Virus record (IMG/VR): IMGVR_UViG_3300050343_000159
Source of the DNA: a virus
Lineage: Duplodnaviria; Caudoviricetes
Direction: 5' to 3' (one strand)
DNA length: 64,000 bases
Shown here: positions 10,981 through 21,451 of the stretch, one piece after another
How the letters are laid out: each line of letters begins with the position of its first letter
How positions within the stretch are numbered: the stretch's first letter is position 1
Notes under the pieces: generated by a model
The model's input: only the letters and a program-made list of their open reading frames with translations
What the model was told of the DNA's origin: nothing
The model's database searches: none
Position numbers and translations under genes: made by a program

Positions 10981-13170
10981 ATGGCTACTCCTCAATTATC
11001 TCCTGGTATTCTAATCAGGGAAGTTGATCAAACAGTAGGAAGGTCAGAGAACGTTCTCGACAACATCGGAGCAATTGCAGGACCTTTTGCTATCGGTCCT
11101 GTCGATGAAGCGATTACGATCGAGACTGAGCAACAGCTTATCAATACATATGGTAAGCCAATGTCTACTGACAGACAGTATGAGTATTGGATGTCTGCAA
11201 GCTCTTTCCTGAGCTATGGTGGTATTTTGAAAGTAGTAAGAACCGGTGGCGGTTCTTTGAATAACTCTAACGCTGCTGTTGGAGCAGCTAGCGCTACACT
11301 TAAGATTGACAACTACGATGATTATGAAGAGAATCATCTGAACGATAACTCTTTCGTATACGCTTCTAAGAATCCCGGATCATGGGCAGACAATCTTAGA
11401 GTTTGTACGATTGATAACGAAGCAGATCAAAGAATTGGAATCAACACCACCAGTCCTCTATTGGCTGGAGCTATTGTTGGACATGGTGTAACAAGTGCAC
11501 TTTCTAATGTTGTTATTCCTGGAGCAGGAACAACTACAACATTTACTGGTTACCTGAAAGGTATTATTACCGGTGTTTCTACCGATACTGTCAACGGAAA
11601 CTCCACAATCGATGTTAAGATTGTATCTCAGGTTTCTTCAACTGGCACAGAAACCAGACTGAACTATCAACAATCTAATGCAGCTCGTTCGTTTGAAGCA
11701 GCTGATGGTATTAAGTTTGTAAACAACGTTGGTGTCAACACTGGTAATGGAAAAGTAACAGCTGCTGATTCAGCAGTTGATTGGTACGAACAACAAACAC
11801 TTGGTTTGTCCAACTCTGTTGTTTATTGGAAATCACTGGCACCTAAGCCTATTGATAACAACTTCTCTTCTTCAAGAAGTGGACATAACGACGCTATTCA
11901 CGTTGTAGTTGTTGATGATCAAGGTTCAATAACAGGTTCACAGGGAACTATTCTTGAGAAATTCCTCAGTCTTTCTAAAGCAAAAGACGCAACAGCTGAT
12001 GGAAGCAATCCTACCAGAACTTACTACAAGGATTATGTTGCACTGAATTCCAGTTATATCTACGCTGGATACAATAGTTCACAGGCAATTGACGCATTCC
12101 ACGGCACTTCACCCAAAGCTAACGGATTCTCGACAGGATATACACCAAACACAATTGGTGCAGGTCTTTGGGGACAAGATGCACAGGGAACTGATTTCTC
12201 TTCTATTGGAAATAAGTCATACACCCTATCTGGTGGTGTTGATTATCAATCTGGTGGTGGTATGGCCGCTACACTTGGTGGATTGAATACTTCTTACAAT
12301 ATCTTTGGCAATAAAGAAGAAATTGCAGTTGACTATATCATGATGGGTCCATCACTTTTGGAAGAAACAGAAACACAGGCCAAAGCAAACCTGGTTATCT
12401 CTCTGGCTGAGGGAAGAAAGGATTGTATGGCTGTCATTTCTCCACATAGAGCTAACCTTGTTAATGTTAACAACGTAGCAACACAAACTGAAAACTTGTT
12501 GAGATACTATTCTTCACTAAGTTCTTCTTCTTACGCTGTATTTGATTCCGGTTACAAGTACACCTACGATAGATTCAATAACGAGTTCCGTTATCTCCCA
12601 TGTAACCCAGATGTCGCTGGTTTGATGGTTAGAACATCTATCGAATCTTTCCCTTGGTTCTCACCAGCTGGATTGACTAGAGGTGTTTTGAATAACGCTA
12701 TCAAGTTGGCTTACAACCCATCCAAAGCACAAAGAGATGTTCTTTATGGAGCTAGAATCAACTCTATTGTAAATCAGAGAGGATCTGGTATTCTCCTGTT
12801 TGGTGATAAGACGGCTCTGGCTTACTCTTCAGCGTTCGACAGAATCAACGTTAGAAGATTGTTCCTCACAGTTGAACAAGCTCTTGAAGGAGCAGCTAAC
12901 GCACAACTCTTCCAACTCAATGATTCAATTACAAGGTCTAACTTTGTAAACATCGTTGAACCTTATTTGAGAGATGTTGAGGCTAAGAGAGGTCTTACTG
13001 GTTTCTTAGTTGTTTGTGATGATACAAATAACACTCCTGATATCATTGATAACAATGAATTCAGGGCTGACATCTATCTGAAACCCACTAAGTCTATCAA
13101 CTACATCACTCTCACATTCGTAGCCACCAGAACTGGTGTTGCGTTTGAAGAAATTGTTGGTACTGTTTAA
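10981..13170 (+). CDS. g18: Tail sheath protein
   Basis: MATPQLSPGILIREVD start; WFSPAGLTRG, FDRINVRRLF, FVATRTGVAFEE. Confidence 0.97.
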   Translation: MATPQLSPGILIREVDQTVGRSENVLDNIGAIAGPFAIGPVDEAITIETEQQLINTYGKPMSTDRQYEYWMSASSFLSYGGILKVVRTGGGSLNNSNAAVGAASATLKIDNYDDYEENHLNDNSFVYASKNPGSWADNLRVCTIDNEADQRIGINTTSPLLAGAIVGHGVTSALSNVVIPGAGTTTTFTGYLKGIITGVSTDTVNGNSTIDVKIVSQVSSTGTETRLNYQQSNAARSFEAADGIKFVNNVGVNTGNGKVTAADSAVDWYEQQTLGLSNSVVYWKSLAPKPIDNNFSSSRSGHNDAIHVVVVDDQGSITGSQGTILEKFLSLSKAKDATADGSNPTRTYYKDYVALNSSYIYAGYNSSQAIDAFHGTSPKANGFSTGYTPNTIGAGLWGQDAQGTDFSSIGNKSYTLSGGVDYQSGGGMAATLGGLNTSYNIFGNKEEIAVDYIMMGPSLLEETETQAKANLVISLAEGRKDCMAVISPHRANLVNVNNVATQTENLLRYYSSLSSSSYAVFDSGYKYTYDRFNNEFRYLPCNPDVAGLMVRTSIESFPWFSPAGLTRGVLNNAIKLAYNPSKAQRDVLYGARINSIVNQRGSGILLFGDKTALAYSSAFDRINVRRLFLTVEQALEGAANAQLFQLNDSITRSNFVNIVEPYLRDVEAKRGLTGFLVVCDDTNNTPDIIDNNEFRADIYLKPTKSINYITLTFVATRTGVAFEEIVGTV

Positions 13171-13203
13171 TCGATACTAACACATTAAAGAGGAACCCTA
13201 AAA

Positions 13204-13836
13204 ATGGCAACAACAAAAACACTATCTAATTTCAAATCCAGGTTAGCGGGCGGTGGTGCCCGCCCTAATTTGTTTGAGGTAACTCTTCCTTCATTTCCCG
13301 GAGCCGCTGAGGATTTCTGGGGTGAGGGTGAGAACGAATCAAACACTAAAATGAGTTTCTTGTGTAAAGCAGCTCAACTTCCTGCCTCCACTGTAGCATC
13401 AGTACCTGTTGCTTTCAGAGGTAGAGAACTGAAGGTTGCTGGAGAAAGAACCTTTGATCCTTGGACCGTCACCATCATTAATGATGAGGACTTCGGCCTG
13501 AGAACATCATTCGAAGCTTGGATGAACAAACTTTCCAAACTGAATGATGCAACCGGTGTTACTAACCCAACTTCTTACATGACTAACGCTTACGTTAAGC
13601 AACTTGGTCGTGGCAAAGAAAAATTTGCTACTGAGAATACTGGTGGTGAGTCTTCCGTTCTTAGAACTTATAAGTTCTATGATATCTGGCCTTCTAACGT
13701 ATCGGCTATCGAACTTAGCTATGATACTACCAATACTGTAGAGGAATTTACAGTTGAATTCCAAGTTCAGTACTTCACTATTGGTGAAAGAGAAGAGTCT
13801 GGATCATCTGATGATCAAGAGGGAACAATCCAGTAA
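13204..13836 (+). CDS. g19: Tail tube protein
   Basis: GGARPNLFEV, FRGRELKVAGERTFDPWTVTIINDEDF. Confidence 0.97.
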   Translation: MATTKTLSNFKSRLAGGGARPNLFEVTLPSFPGAAEDFWGEGENESNTKMSFLCKAAQLPASTVASVPVAFRGRELKVAGERTFDPWTVTIINDEDFGLRTSFEAWMNKLSKLNDATGVTNPTSYMTNAYVKQLGRGKEKFATENTGGESSVLRTYKFYDIWPSNVSAIELSYDTTNTVEEFTVEFQVQYFTIGEREESGSSDDQEGTIQ

Positions 13837-13886
13837 GTTTTAGCCTGATAAATAGATAGAACGGAAGTTTCTAGTTTTATCTAATA

Positions 13887-15527
13887 ATGGCGAGATTATT
13901 TGGATTCTCAATTGAAGATAACGAGAAAAACCCGCCTGGTGTAATATCTCCGGTCCCACCGAATAAAAACGATGGGCAAGAGAGTTATATCAGTAGCGGG
14001 TTTTTTGGTTCGTATGTAGATATTGAGGGCGTTTATCGTAACGAAAACGAACTTATCAGAAGATACAGGTCTATGGCTTTGTATCCAGAATGTGATAGTG
14101 CGATTGAAGACATTGTAAATGAAGCAATTGTTTCTGATACGAACGATAGTCCCGTATCAATCGAGCTATCAAACTTGAATGCCAGTGATGGTATTAAAAA
14201 GAAACTAAGAGAAGAATTTAAATATATCTTAGAACTTTTGGACTTCGATAAGAAGGCTCATGAGATCTTCCGTAACTGGTATATCGATGGAAGACTCTAT
14301 TACAACAAAGTAATTGACCAGAAAAATCCTCAAGATGGTATTCAAGAACTGAGATATATTGATTCTGCGAAGATGAAGTATGTTCGTCAGGTTAAAAAAA
14401 CCAGAAATGATGGATTAGCTAGAGCTGAAAGAGATAACCCATCAACATATGATTTCCCAGAACTTGAGGAGTATTTCATCTATACTCCTGGTGGAAGTAA
14501 CCAGTATGGTTCTTCACCAGCTAAGGGAATTAAACTAACTAAGGATTCGGTTACATATTGTACCTCTGGATTGGTAGATAGAAATAAGGGATCAACCCTT
14601 TCGTGGCTCCACAAATCAATCAAACCACTCAATCAATTGATGATGATTGAGGATAGTCTGGTAATCTATCGTCTCTCAAGAGCACCAGAAAGAAGAATCT
14701 TCTATATCGACGTTGGTAATCTACCTAAACAAAAGGCAGAATCATACCTTCGTGATGTGATGCAACGTTATAGAAACAAACTTGTCTATGATGCTAACAC
14801 TGGTGAAATCAGAGATGATAAGAAATTCATGTCAATGATGGAAGATTTTTGGCTTCCTAGACGTGAAGGTGGTCGTGGTACTGAGATTACTACACTTCCA
14901 GGTGGACAAAACCTTGGTGAAATCACTGATATTAACTACTTCCAGAAGAAATTGTACAGGGCACTGAATGTGCCTGAGACAAGACTTCAGGGAGATAGTG
15001 GTTTCTCGATGGGTCGTTCTTCTGAAATCCTCAGAGATGAAGTCAAGTTCTCCAAGTTTGTTGGAAGAATGAGAAAGAGATTCTCTGAAATGTTCAGTGA
15101 TATGTTGAAGACTCAACTTATTCTGAAAAATATCATTACTCCTGAGGATTGGGAGTATATGAATGATCATATTCAATATGATTTCCTCTATGATAATCAC
15201 TTTGCAGAACTAAAAGATGCGGAACTTCTAAGAGAAAGACTGACTCTGGCAGAACAAACACAACAATATGTTGGTAAATATTATTCTAATGATTATGTGA
15301 GGAGACATGTTCTTCGTCAAACTGATGAAGAAATTATTGAACAGGATAATCTTATTGAAAAAGAGATTGAATCTGGAGCAATCCCAGATCCTGCAATGGC
15401 AGCTCTAGATCCTATGGCGGGTGGTGCTCCTGCACCTGGTGGAGCTTTACCTCCAGCTGGTGGTGGAGCTCCTCTCGATCCACCAACACCAGAAGCTCCT
15501 GAAACTCCCACTGGTGGGGAGATCTAA
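13887..15527 (+). CDS. g20: Portal vertex protein
   Basis: YRLSRAPERRIFYIDVGNLPK, EDFWLPRREGGRGTEITTLPGGQNLG. Confidence 0.98.
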   Translation: MARLFGFSIEDNEKNPPGVISPVPPNKNDGQESYISSGFFGSYVDIEGVYRNENELIRRYRSMALYPECDSAIEDIVNEAIVSDTNDSPVSIELSNLNASDGIKKKLREEFKYILELLDFDKKAHEIFRNWYIDGRLYYNKVIDQKNPQDGIQELRYIDSAKMKYVRQVKKTRNDGLARAERDNPSTYDFPELEEYFIYTPGGSNQYGSSPAKGIKLTKDSVTYCTSGLVDRNKGSTLSWLHKSIKPLNQLMMIEDSLVIYRLSRAPERRIFYIDVGNLPKQKAESYLRDVMQRYRNKLVYDANTGEIRDDKKFMSMMEDFWLPRREGGRGTEITTLPGGQNLGEITDINYFQKKLYRALNVPETRLQGDSGFSMGRSSEILRDEVKFSKFVGRMRKRFSEMFSDMLKTQLILKNIITPEDWEYMNDHIQYDFLYDNHFAELKDAELLRERLTLAEQTQQYVGKYYSNDYVRRHVLRQTDEEIIEQDNLIEKEIESGAIPDPAMAALDPMAGGAPAPGGALPPAGGGAPLDPPTPEAPETPTGGEI

Positions 15528-15546
15528 ATAAAGGAAAATTACACCT

Positions 15547-15765
15547 ATGGATATGGATGAACTTATGGATTTACTAGTGAAGGATGAATCACCTTCATCA
15601 GTAAGTGATGCTATTAAAGATCAGTTGTTCTCACGAACTGCTGAAAAGATTCAAGGAATTAGACCTAATGTTGCCGCATCAATTTTTGATGATAACATTG
15701 ATCTAGATTCTGAAGAAGCACCTGAAGTTGATGGAAACATTGACTTGGATGCGGAAATTCAATAA
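15547..15765 (+). CDS. Acidic small hypothetical protein (prohead core-like position)
   Basis: Position between g20 and g21, acidic composition. Confidence 0.6.
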   Translation: MDMDELMDLLVKDESPSSVSDAIKDQLFSRTAEKIQGIRPNVAASIFDDNIDLDSEEAPEVDGNIDLDAEIQ

Positions 15766-15790
15766 ATAACATCATACACTAGGTATATCA

Positions 15791-16063
15791 ATGGCCAGAA
15801 CATTACTAGTCGGTGCAGAGATTGCATGTCCGACGACTGCAGGAGCCGCCACTAGTTTTACTGAAGCTACTGTGGTCCGTTTAGTTAATACTCATGCTAC
15901 ATCTGCATTTAAAGTGACTCTTCTTGAGACACAAAGTGGAGCTGGCATTGGTTCTATGACTCTTCCCGCAGGTAACGTTGAGTATCTGGAAAAGAGATCA
16001 TCACAAGTGATCTTTGCAGCTAATGCAGCTGTGCTCGGTACTAAAGTAGGTTACACAGCTTAA
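15791..16063 (+). CDS. Conserved cyanophage hypothetical protein
   Basis: 90-aa ORF preceded by TAAATA (15763-15768). Confidence 0.65.
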   Translation: MARTLLVGAEIACPTTAGAATSFTEATVVRLVNTHATSAFKVTLLETQSGAGIGSMTLPAGNVEYLEKRSSQVIFAANAAVLGTKVGYTA

Positions 16064-16067
16064 AACC

Positions 16068-16718
16068 ATGAAACTAATTAGAGAAGAAATTGAACAGGTA
16101 GAAGTTATCGTTGAAGAACGCAACGGTAAGAAAAACATGTTCATCGAAGGTATCTTCCTACAGGGAGACCTCAAGAATAGAAATGGTCGTATGTATCCAA
16201 TGGAAACTCTGAGAAGAGAAGTCCAAAGATACAGTGAGAACCACATTCATGCAGGTAGAGCTCTTGGAGAACTGGGACATCCAGATGGCCCAACAGTTAA
16301 TCTGGATCGCGTCAGTCACAAAATTGTTTCTCTCAAAGAAAGCGGAAACAATTTTATCGGTAAGGCCAAAATCTTATCGACTCCGATGGGTAAGATTGCA
16401 GAGTCTCTCATTAGCGAAGGAGTTAAGTTGGGCGTTTCTTCTAGAGGAATCGGATCACTCAAACAAACAAGAGAAGGTGTAAATGTTGTTGGTGATGACT
16501 TTATGTTATCAACAGCAGCCGACATCGTTTCCGATCCTTCTGCTCCCGATGCTTTCGTTGAAGGTATTATGGAAGGTAAGGATTGGGTTTGGGATGGTGG
16601 CATCTTGAGAGAATCTCAAGTAGCTAAGACCTACAAGTATATCAATACACTGGTCGATCAAAAACAACTTGATGAGAAAAAGTTGGATGTCTTCAACAAT
16701 TTCTTAAATAGTCTCTGA
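16068..16718 (+). CDS. g21: Prohead protease
   Basis: NRNGRMYP, ALGELGHP, LGVSSRGIGSL, DIVSDPSAPDAFV. Confidence 0.97.
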   Translation: MKLIREEIEQVEVIVEERNGKKNMFIEGIFLQGDLKNRNGRMYPMETLRREVQRYSENHIHAGRALGELGHPDGPTVNLDRVSHKIVSLKESGNNFIGKAKILSTPMGKIAESLISEGVKLGVSSRGIGSLKQTREGVNVVGDDFMLSTAADIVSDPSAPDAFVEGIMEGKDWVWDGGILRESQVAKTYKYINTLVDQKQLDEKKLDVFNNFLNSL

Positions 16719-16738
16719 TAATACAGAGATACCAATAT

Positions 16739-16746
16739 TATAAATA
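16739..16746 (+). promoter_or_regulatory. T4-type late promoter TATAAATA
   Basis: Exact consensus upstream of g22. Confidence 0.75.
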
Positions 16747-16788
16747 AATATAGATTAAATAAATAAGGTTAATCGGAGTAAAGTTCAA

Positions 16789-17844
16789 ATGTCTCGTGGA
16801 GATCTACAAGAAATGGAGCAATCCAAAACTGCTGTGAATGCGAACGCCAAAGCCGGTGATCCCATTCAGAAACTGGCCCCTGGAGCTGTAGCTGGACAAC
16901 CAGCTGTAGAAGACCTCGGTGGACCTACCCCTGAAAACTATAAATCTGATGACGATTCAGCAAAGCTCAAAGAGCCTAAGATCGCCACCGTTAAAGATGT
17001 AGTTAATAAAGGAGCCAAGGCCGCTGATCCTATGAAGGGAATGAAAGAAGAGGAAGAAGTTTCCTCTGAAGAAGTTCTGGAAGAGGAGCCCGTCGCAACA
17101 GAAGCTACTGTCGAAGAAGAGATTGACATCGAAGAAGATGTTAACGCTCTCCTCGGTGGTGAAGATTTGTCTGAAGAGTTTAGAGAGAAGGCCAAGATGG
17201 TCTTCGAATCAGCTCTCAACTCTAAAGTTTCTGAAATCCATGAGGCACTAGAAGCCCAGTATGAAATCAAACTGGAAGAAGCTAGAGAGGGCCTGAAAGA
17301 AGCCCTTACCGATAGAGTTGATTCGTATCTTGAGTACGTCGCTGAAGAGTGGATGACCGAGAACGAATTGGCCATCGAACATGGTCTCAAGACCGAAATG
17401 ACCGAGTCCTTCCTTTCTGGAATGAAGGGACTCTTTGAAGAACATTATGTAACAATCCCTGAAGACAAATATGATGTACTTGAGAGTATGGTAGAAAAAC
17501 TTGATGATATGGAAACCAAGCTCAATGAGCAAATTGACAAGAACATTGGTCTGAATCAGCGTTTGTCTGAATCAGTATCTGACAATATTCTTGATCAAGT
17601 TTCTGAAGGACTTGCAGTCACTCAGAAAGAAAAGCTCGCCTCACTTGCTGAAAGTGTTGAGTTTGAAAGTGAAGAAGAATATCGTGAAAAGCTGGAGACC
17701 CTGAAGGAGTCATACTTCTCCAAGGCCCCAACTGCAAAATCGGAAGCCCCACAGACACTTTCTGAGGGTGTAGATACAACTGATGCTCCTGTAGCATCTA
17801 GTATGGAAGCCTATCTCAGAACTCTGAACGCTTTCAAAAAGTGA
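16789..17844 (+). CDS. g22: Prohead core scaffold protein
   Basis: Acidic coiled coil; DSYLEYVAEEWMTENELAIEHGLKTEMTESF; position before g23. Confidence 0.93.
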   Translation: MSRGDLQEMEQSKTAVNANAKAGDPIQKLAPGAVAGQPAVEDLGGPTPENYKSDDDSAKLKEPKIATVKDVVNKGAKAADPMKGMKEEEEVSSEEVLEEEPVATEATVEEEIDIEEDVNALLGGEDLSEEFREKAKMVFESALNSKVSEIHEALEAQYEIKLEEAREGLKEALTDRVDSYLEYVAEEWMTENELAIEHGLKTEMTESFLSGMKGLFEEHYVTIPEDKYDVLESMVEKLDDMETKLNEQIDKNIGLNQRLSESVSDNILDQVSEGLAVTQKEKLASLAESVEFESEEEYREKLETLKESYFSKAPTAKSEAPQTLSEGVDTTDAPVASSMEAYLRTLNAFKK

Positions 17845-17891
17845 ATTTTAGATTAATTCAAACAAAACACAAAATCAAAAGGTAAAAGCAA

Positions 17892-19331
17892 ATGTTCCAA
17901 TCCGAGCATCTGCAGGAAAAGTGGAGTCCCCTCCTCGATTATGAGGGTCTCGATCCTATTAAGGATTCACATCGTAGAAGTGTGACCGCTGTCCTGCTTG
18001 AGAACCAAGAAAAGTTCCTCAAAGAAGAGCAAGCATTTAGTCAGGGTATCAACCTGATGGAATCACCCACCAACTCAGCTAACGCTGCTGGTGCTTCAGG
18101 TGGTTTCTCTGGATCCGCAACCGCAGCTGGTCCTGTTGCTGGTTTCGATCCCGTTCTGATCTCTTTGATCAGACGCGCAATGCCTAACCTGGTCGCTTAT
18201 GACCTGGCTGGCGTTCAACCTATGAATGGACCTACTGGACTCATCTTCGCGATGAGATCCCGTTATGAGAATCAGGCTGGAGCTGAGGCTCTATTCGACG
18301 AAGCTAACACTGTATTCTCTGGACAAAACAAGAACGGAGCCCTTAACGCTGGTTGGGAAGACCAGGCCGTTGGTCTGGGAACCGGAACACAGAGAGGAGA
18401 CAATCCTGGTGTTCTTAACCCCGTTGGTGCTGCTTCTACTAACGTAGCTGCCTACACCACTGGTCCTGGTATGGCTACAGGCGACGCTGAGAACCTTGAT
18501 GGTACCGGCAACGAAGCCTTCAACCAGATGGCTTTCTCGATCGAGAAAGTTACTGTTACCGCTAAGTCTAGAGCACTGAAGGCTGAGTACAGTCTGGAAC
18601 TGGCTCAAGACCTTAAGGCTATCCATGGTCTTAACGCTGAAGCCGAACTGGCTAACATCCTTTCTACTGAAATCTTGGCCGAGATTAACCGTGAGGTTAT
18701 CCGTACCATCTATATGACAGCAGAACAGGGTGCAGCTCAGAACGTTGCTACTCAGGGTGTATTTGACCTGGACATCGACTCCAATGGTCGTTGGTCTGTT
18801 GAGAAGTTCAAAGGACTTCTTTTCCAAATCGAGCGTGACGCTAACGCGATCGCACAAAGAACTCGTAGAGGGAAAGGCAACATGGTTCTGTGTTCCGCAG
18901 ACGTTGCTTCCGCACTTACGATGGCTGGTATCCTGGATTACACTCCAGCACTCAACGCTAACTTGAACGTTGATGACACCGGTAACACTTTCGCTGGTAC
19001 GATCAACGGTAAGTTCCGTGTATACATCGACCCCTATTCGGCCAACCTGACTTCGGGTAATGGTCCTAATGGTAACCAGTACTACGTTGTTGGATATAAG
19101 GGTTCTTCCCCTTATGACGCTGGACTATTCTATTGTCCTTACGTTCCCCTTCAAATGGTTCGTGCTGTTGGAGAGAACTCCTTCCAGCCTAAAATTGGCT
19201 TCAAGACCCGTTATGGTCTGGTTGCTAACCCATTCGCCGAAGGTTCGGCAGCTGATGGTCAGGGTCTTGGTAGACTCCGTGTTAACTCCAACCGTTACTA
19301 CAGACGTGTTGCTGTTAAGAACCTCATGTGA
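17892..19331 (+). CDS. g23: Major capsid protein
   Basis: LIRRAMPNLVAYDLAGVQPMNGPTGLIFAMR, AKSRALKAEYSLELAQDLKAIHGL, FQPKIGFKTRYG. Confidence 0.99.
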   Translation: MFQSEHLQEKWSPLLDYEGLDPIKDSHRRSVTAVLLENQEKFLKEEQAFSQGINLMESPTNSANAAGASGGFSGSATAAGPVAGFDPVLISLIRRAMPNLVAYDLAGVQPMNGPTGLIFAMRSRYENQAGAEALFDEANTVFSGQNKNGALNAGWEDQAVGLGTGTQRGDNPGVLNPVGAASTNVAAYTTGPGMATGDAENLDGTGNEAFNQMAFSIEKVTVTAKSRALKAEYSLELAQDLKAIHGLNAEAELANILSTEILAEINREVIRTIYMTAEQGAAQNVATQGVFDLDIDSNGRWSVEKFKGLLFQIERDANAIAQRTRRGKGNMVLCSADVASALTMAGILDYTPALNANLNVDDTGNTFAGTINGKFRVYIDPYSANLTSGNGPNGNQYYVVGYKGSSPYDAGLFYCPYVPLQMVRAVGENSFQPKIGFKTRYGLVANPFAEGSAADGQGLGRLRVNSNRYYRRVAVKNLM

Positions 19332-19332
19332 T

Positions 19333-19413
19333 ATGAGTGGATGTTGTGGGGCCGGGTGTCCCACTTGTCCTTACAGACCCCCCTCAAGGGGTCTTTTTTA
19401 TGCAGTTTTATAA
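19333..19413 (+). CDS. Putative 26-aa Cys-rich mini-protein MSGCCGAGCPTCPYRPPSRGLFYAVL
   Basis: ATG 1 nt after g23 stop; CCxxGCxxCPY motif. Confidence 0.45.
   Translation: MSGCCGAGCPTCPYRPPSRGLFYAVL
19375..19400 (+). terminator. Rho-independent terminator after g23
   Basis: AGACCCC-loop-GGGGTCT stem followed by T-tract. Confidence 0.8.
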
Positions 19414-19416
19414 ATA
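19409..19416 (+). promoter_or_regulatory. T4-type late promoter TATAAATA
   Basis: Exact consensus upstream of ORF 19436. Confidence 0.7.
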
Positions 19417-19435
19417 GGTCACTTACATCACTACT

Positions 19436-19978
19436 ATGAAAAGTAACCAATTGGGAAAGAAGGTTGTAGTAGGTTTGATTCTATTTGTTGGAGTTGCAAA
19501 TGCTGGCGCATTGATTGGTCACACATTTAGACAACCAATACAACCATCACAAATTAACTATCCACCAGTTGGAGATTATTCATCATACACTGTAACTGTA
19601 AATCCTGATGGAAGTTACAGTGTAGATTATAAAGGACATGATCCTAAGGTATTGGATAATGAATCATATGTAGACACATCTAATGGTTTATTTGGTATTG
19701 GTGGTAGATCAACTACTACAAGAAATACTCAAGAAATAGCTGGAGGACAGAATAAGGTGGGAAAGAACGATGCGAGGTCCGAAGAGTGTATCAAGGCGGA
19801 AGGTGGAGGAGAGTCAAACGGTGCTCTGGTGGGAGCTAGTTTAGGTACAGCTGCTACACCATTCTTAGTTGGTATCCCTTATGTTGGATGGCTCGCATCA
19901 GGTTGGGCTGTTATGTTAGGTCAAGATGTGGGTTCATCAATTGGTGGTTCAGTAGCATCTTCAATCAAAGGTTGTTGA
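19436..19978 (+). CDS. Membrane-associated hypothetical protein with glycine-zipper C-terminus
   Basis: N-terminal hydrophobic segment; GALVGASLG...GSSIGGSVA. Confidence 0.7.
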   Translation: MKSNQLGKKVVVGLILFVGVANAGALIGHTFRQPIQPSQINYPPVGDYSSYTVTVNPDGSYSVDYKGHDPKVLDNESYVDTSNGLFGIGGRSTTTRNTQEIAGGQNKVGKNDARSEECIKAEGGGESNGALVGASLGTAATPFLVGIPYVGWLASGWAVMLGQDVGSSIGGSVASSIKGC

Positions 19979-20023
19979 TAAATAGTTAATAATAAACTTA
20001 TGATCCTATTCTAGAGGAGTAAT

Positions 20024-20227
20024 ATGGCATTTCACATCAAAAGAACATCAGCCGCTGATAGTTCAAAAACTGTTTATTACGTCAAAAAATCTAATGGTAG
20101 TGCTCACTGGTCTGATGACTATAGTGAGAGAAAAACCTGGGAAACAAACACAACACCCACCAATATGATGGTCAATAATGACGGTAAGAATGGTGGTTGG
20201 ACTGGTGCATCTATTGTGGAAGAATGA
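20024..20227 (+). CDS. Small hypothetical protein
   Basis: GAGGAG RBS, 67 aa. Confidence 0.65.
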   Translation: MAFHIKRTSAADSSKTVYYVKKSNGSAHWSDDYSERKTWETNTTPTNMMVNNDGKNGGWTGASIVEE

Positions 20228-20805
20228 GCGAATCAAGAGTCCCAGATGCAAGCTTTTCTAGACAAATAGAAAATAGAAATTTTCTGGCACCAACAGGATT
20301 TCAGTTTTCTGTTGTCAGGGCACCTAAAGTATCCTTCTTTGGATATCAAGTCAACGTGCCTAGTTTAGATCTGGGTGTTGCGATACAACCGACTTATCTA
20401 AGTGATATTCCTCGTGCTGGTGAAAAGATTGACTTTGGTGATCTTACACTTACATTTTTGGTCGATGAAGATTTGACAAATTATCTTGAGATCCAAAATT
20501 GGATGAGAGGTCTTGGGTTTCCAGAATCTCTTAATGAAATCTATCAGTGGCAAAAAGATAAAGCCCCGTCACACTACCCTTCAGACTATAAAAGTGAAAA
20601 TGAGTTGAACTTGTATTCTGATGGAACACTGGCTATCTACAACTCAGCTGATAATCCAAACTTTAAAGTTAAATTTGAAAATATATTTCCATACTCTCTA
20701 TCATCACTTCAGTTTGATGCACAATCTACCGATGTTCAATACTTGACAGCAACGGTCAATTTCAAGTATACTGTATATAACATAGAAGGTGTAATCTGTT
20801 GTTAG
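20224..20805 (+). CDS. g3: Tail completion/sheath stabiliser protein
   Basis: NRNFLAPTGFQF, FLVDEDLTNYLEIQNWMRGL; ATG at 20224 overlaps upstream stop. Confidence 0.9.
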   Translation: MSESRVPDASFSRQIENRNFLAPTGFQFSVVRAPKVSFFGYQVNVPSLDLGVAIQPTYLSDIPRAGEKIDFGDLTLTFLVDEDLTNYLEIQNWMRGLGFPESLNEIYQWQKDKAPSHYPSDYKSENELNLYSDGTLAIYNSADNPNFKVKFENIFPYSLSSLQFDAQSTDVQYLTATVNFKYTVYNIEGVICC

Positions 20806-20806
20806 T

Positions 20807-21241
20807 ATGATCGACCTTGAAACTCTTCAAGGAATGTGGAATGAAGACTCTAAGATTGATCCAGATAATTTACACACTGAGTCTCTTAATATACCTGTTC
20901 TACATTCCAAATATTATGACATATATAATACTCTGATGTTACTTCGAAAGAAGGCAGAACAACAGAGAAAAAACATTAGACACGAACGTTATGAGTACTT
21001 CTCTGGTAAAGCAGACCCAGAAGTTTACATTGATAACCCGTTTCCTAAGAAGATTAGAGATAAGGAAACTATGCAAAAGTATCTGGATGCAGATACAAAG
21101 CTCTCAGGAGTTTCGTTAAAGATTGAATACTATGAAGTAATGTTGAGGTTCATAGAAGAGATCCTCAAACAGATAACGAACAGAACATATCAGATCAAGA
21201 ACGCGATCGAATTCATGAGGTTTAGTTCAGGATTAGGCTAA
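20807..21241 (+). CDS. uvsY: Recombination mediator UvsY
   Basis: ESLNIPVLHSKY, YFSGKADPEVY, RTYQIKNAIEF. Confidence 0.92.
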   Translation: MIDLETLQGMWNEDSKIDPDNLHTESLNIPVLHSKYYDIYNTLMLLRKKAEQQRKNIRHERYEYFSGKADPEVYIDNPFPKKIRDKETMQKYLDADTKLSGVSLKIEYYEVMLRFIEEILKQITNRTYQIKNAIEFMRFSSGLG

Positions 21242-21423
21242 TGGACCCAGACGGTTACTATCACATAGAATTACCCATAGAAGGTATTCGTCTCATCCAC
21301 ACAGGATTATCTCAAGCAATTGAGAGGTGGCCTGGTGGAGATCCTCGCGAACAAGAAGGTCTCATTCAAATGAGAGACAACTTCTACAGAATTATTTTAG
21401 AACATAGGTTTGCAAACACCTGA
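21241..21423 (+). CDS. Small hypothetical protein
   Basis: TAATG coupling; 60 aa. Confidence 0.6.
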   Translation: MDPDGYYHIELPIEGIRLIHTGLSQAIERWPGGDPREQEGLIQMRDNFYRIILEHRFANT

Positions 21424-21451
21424 TAAATATGTATAGGTGAAACCTATATGA

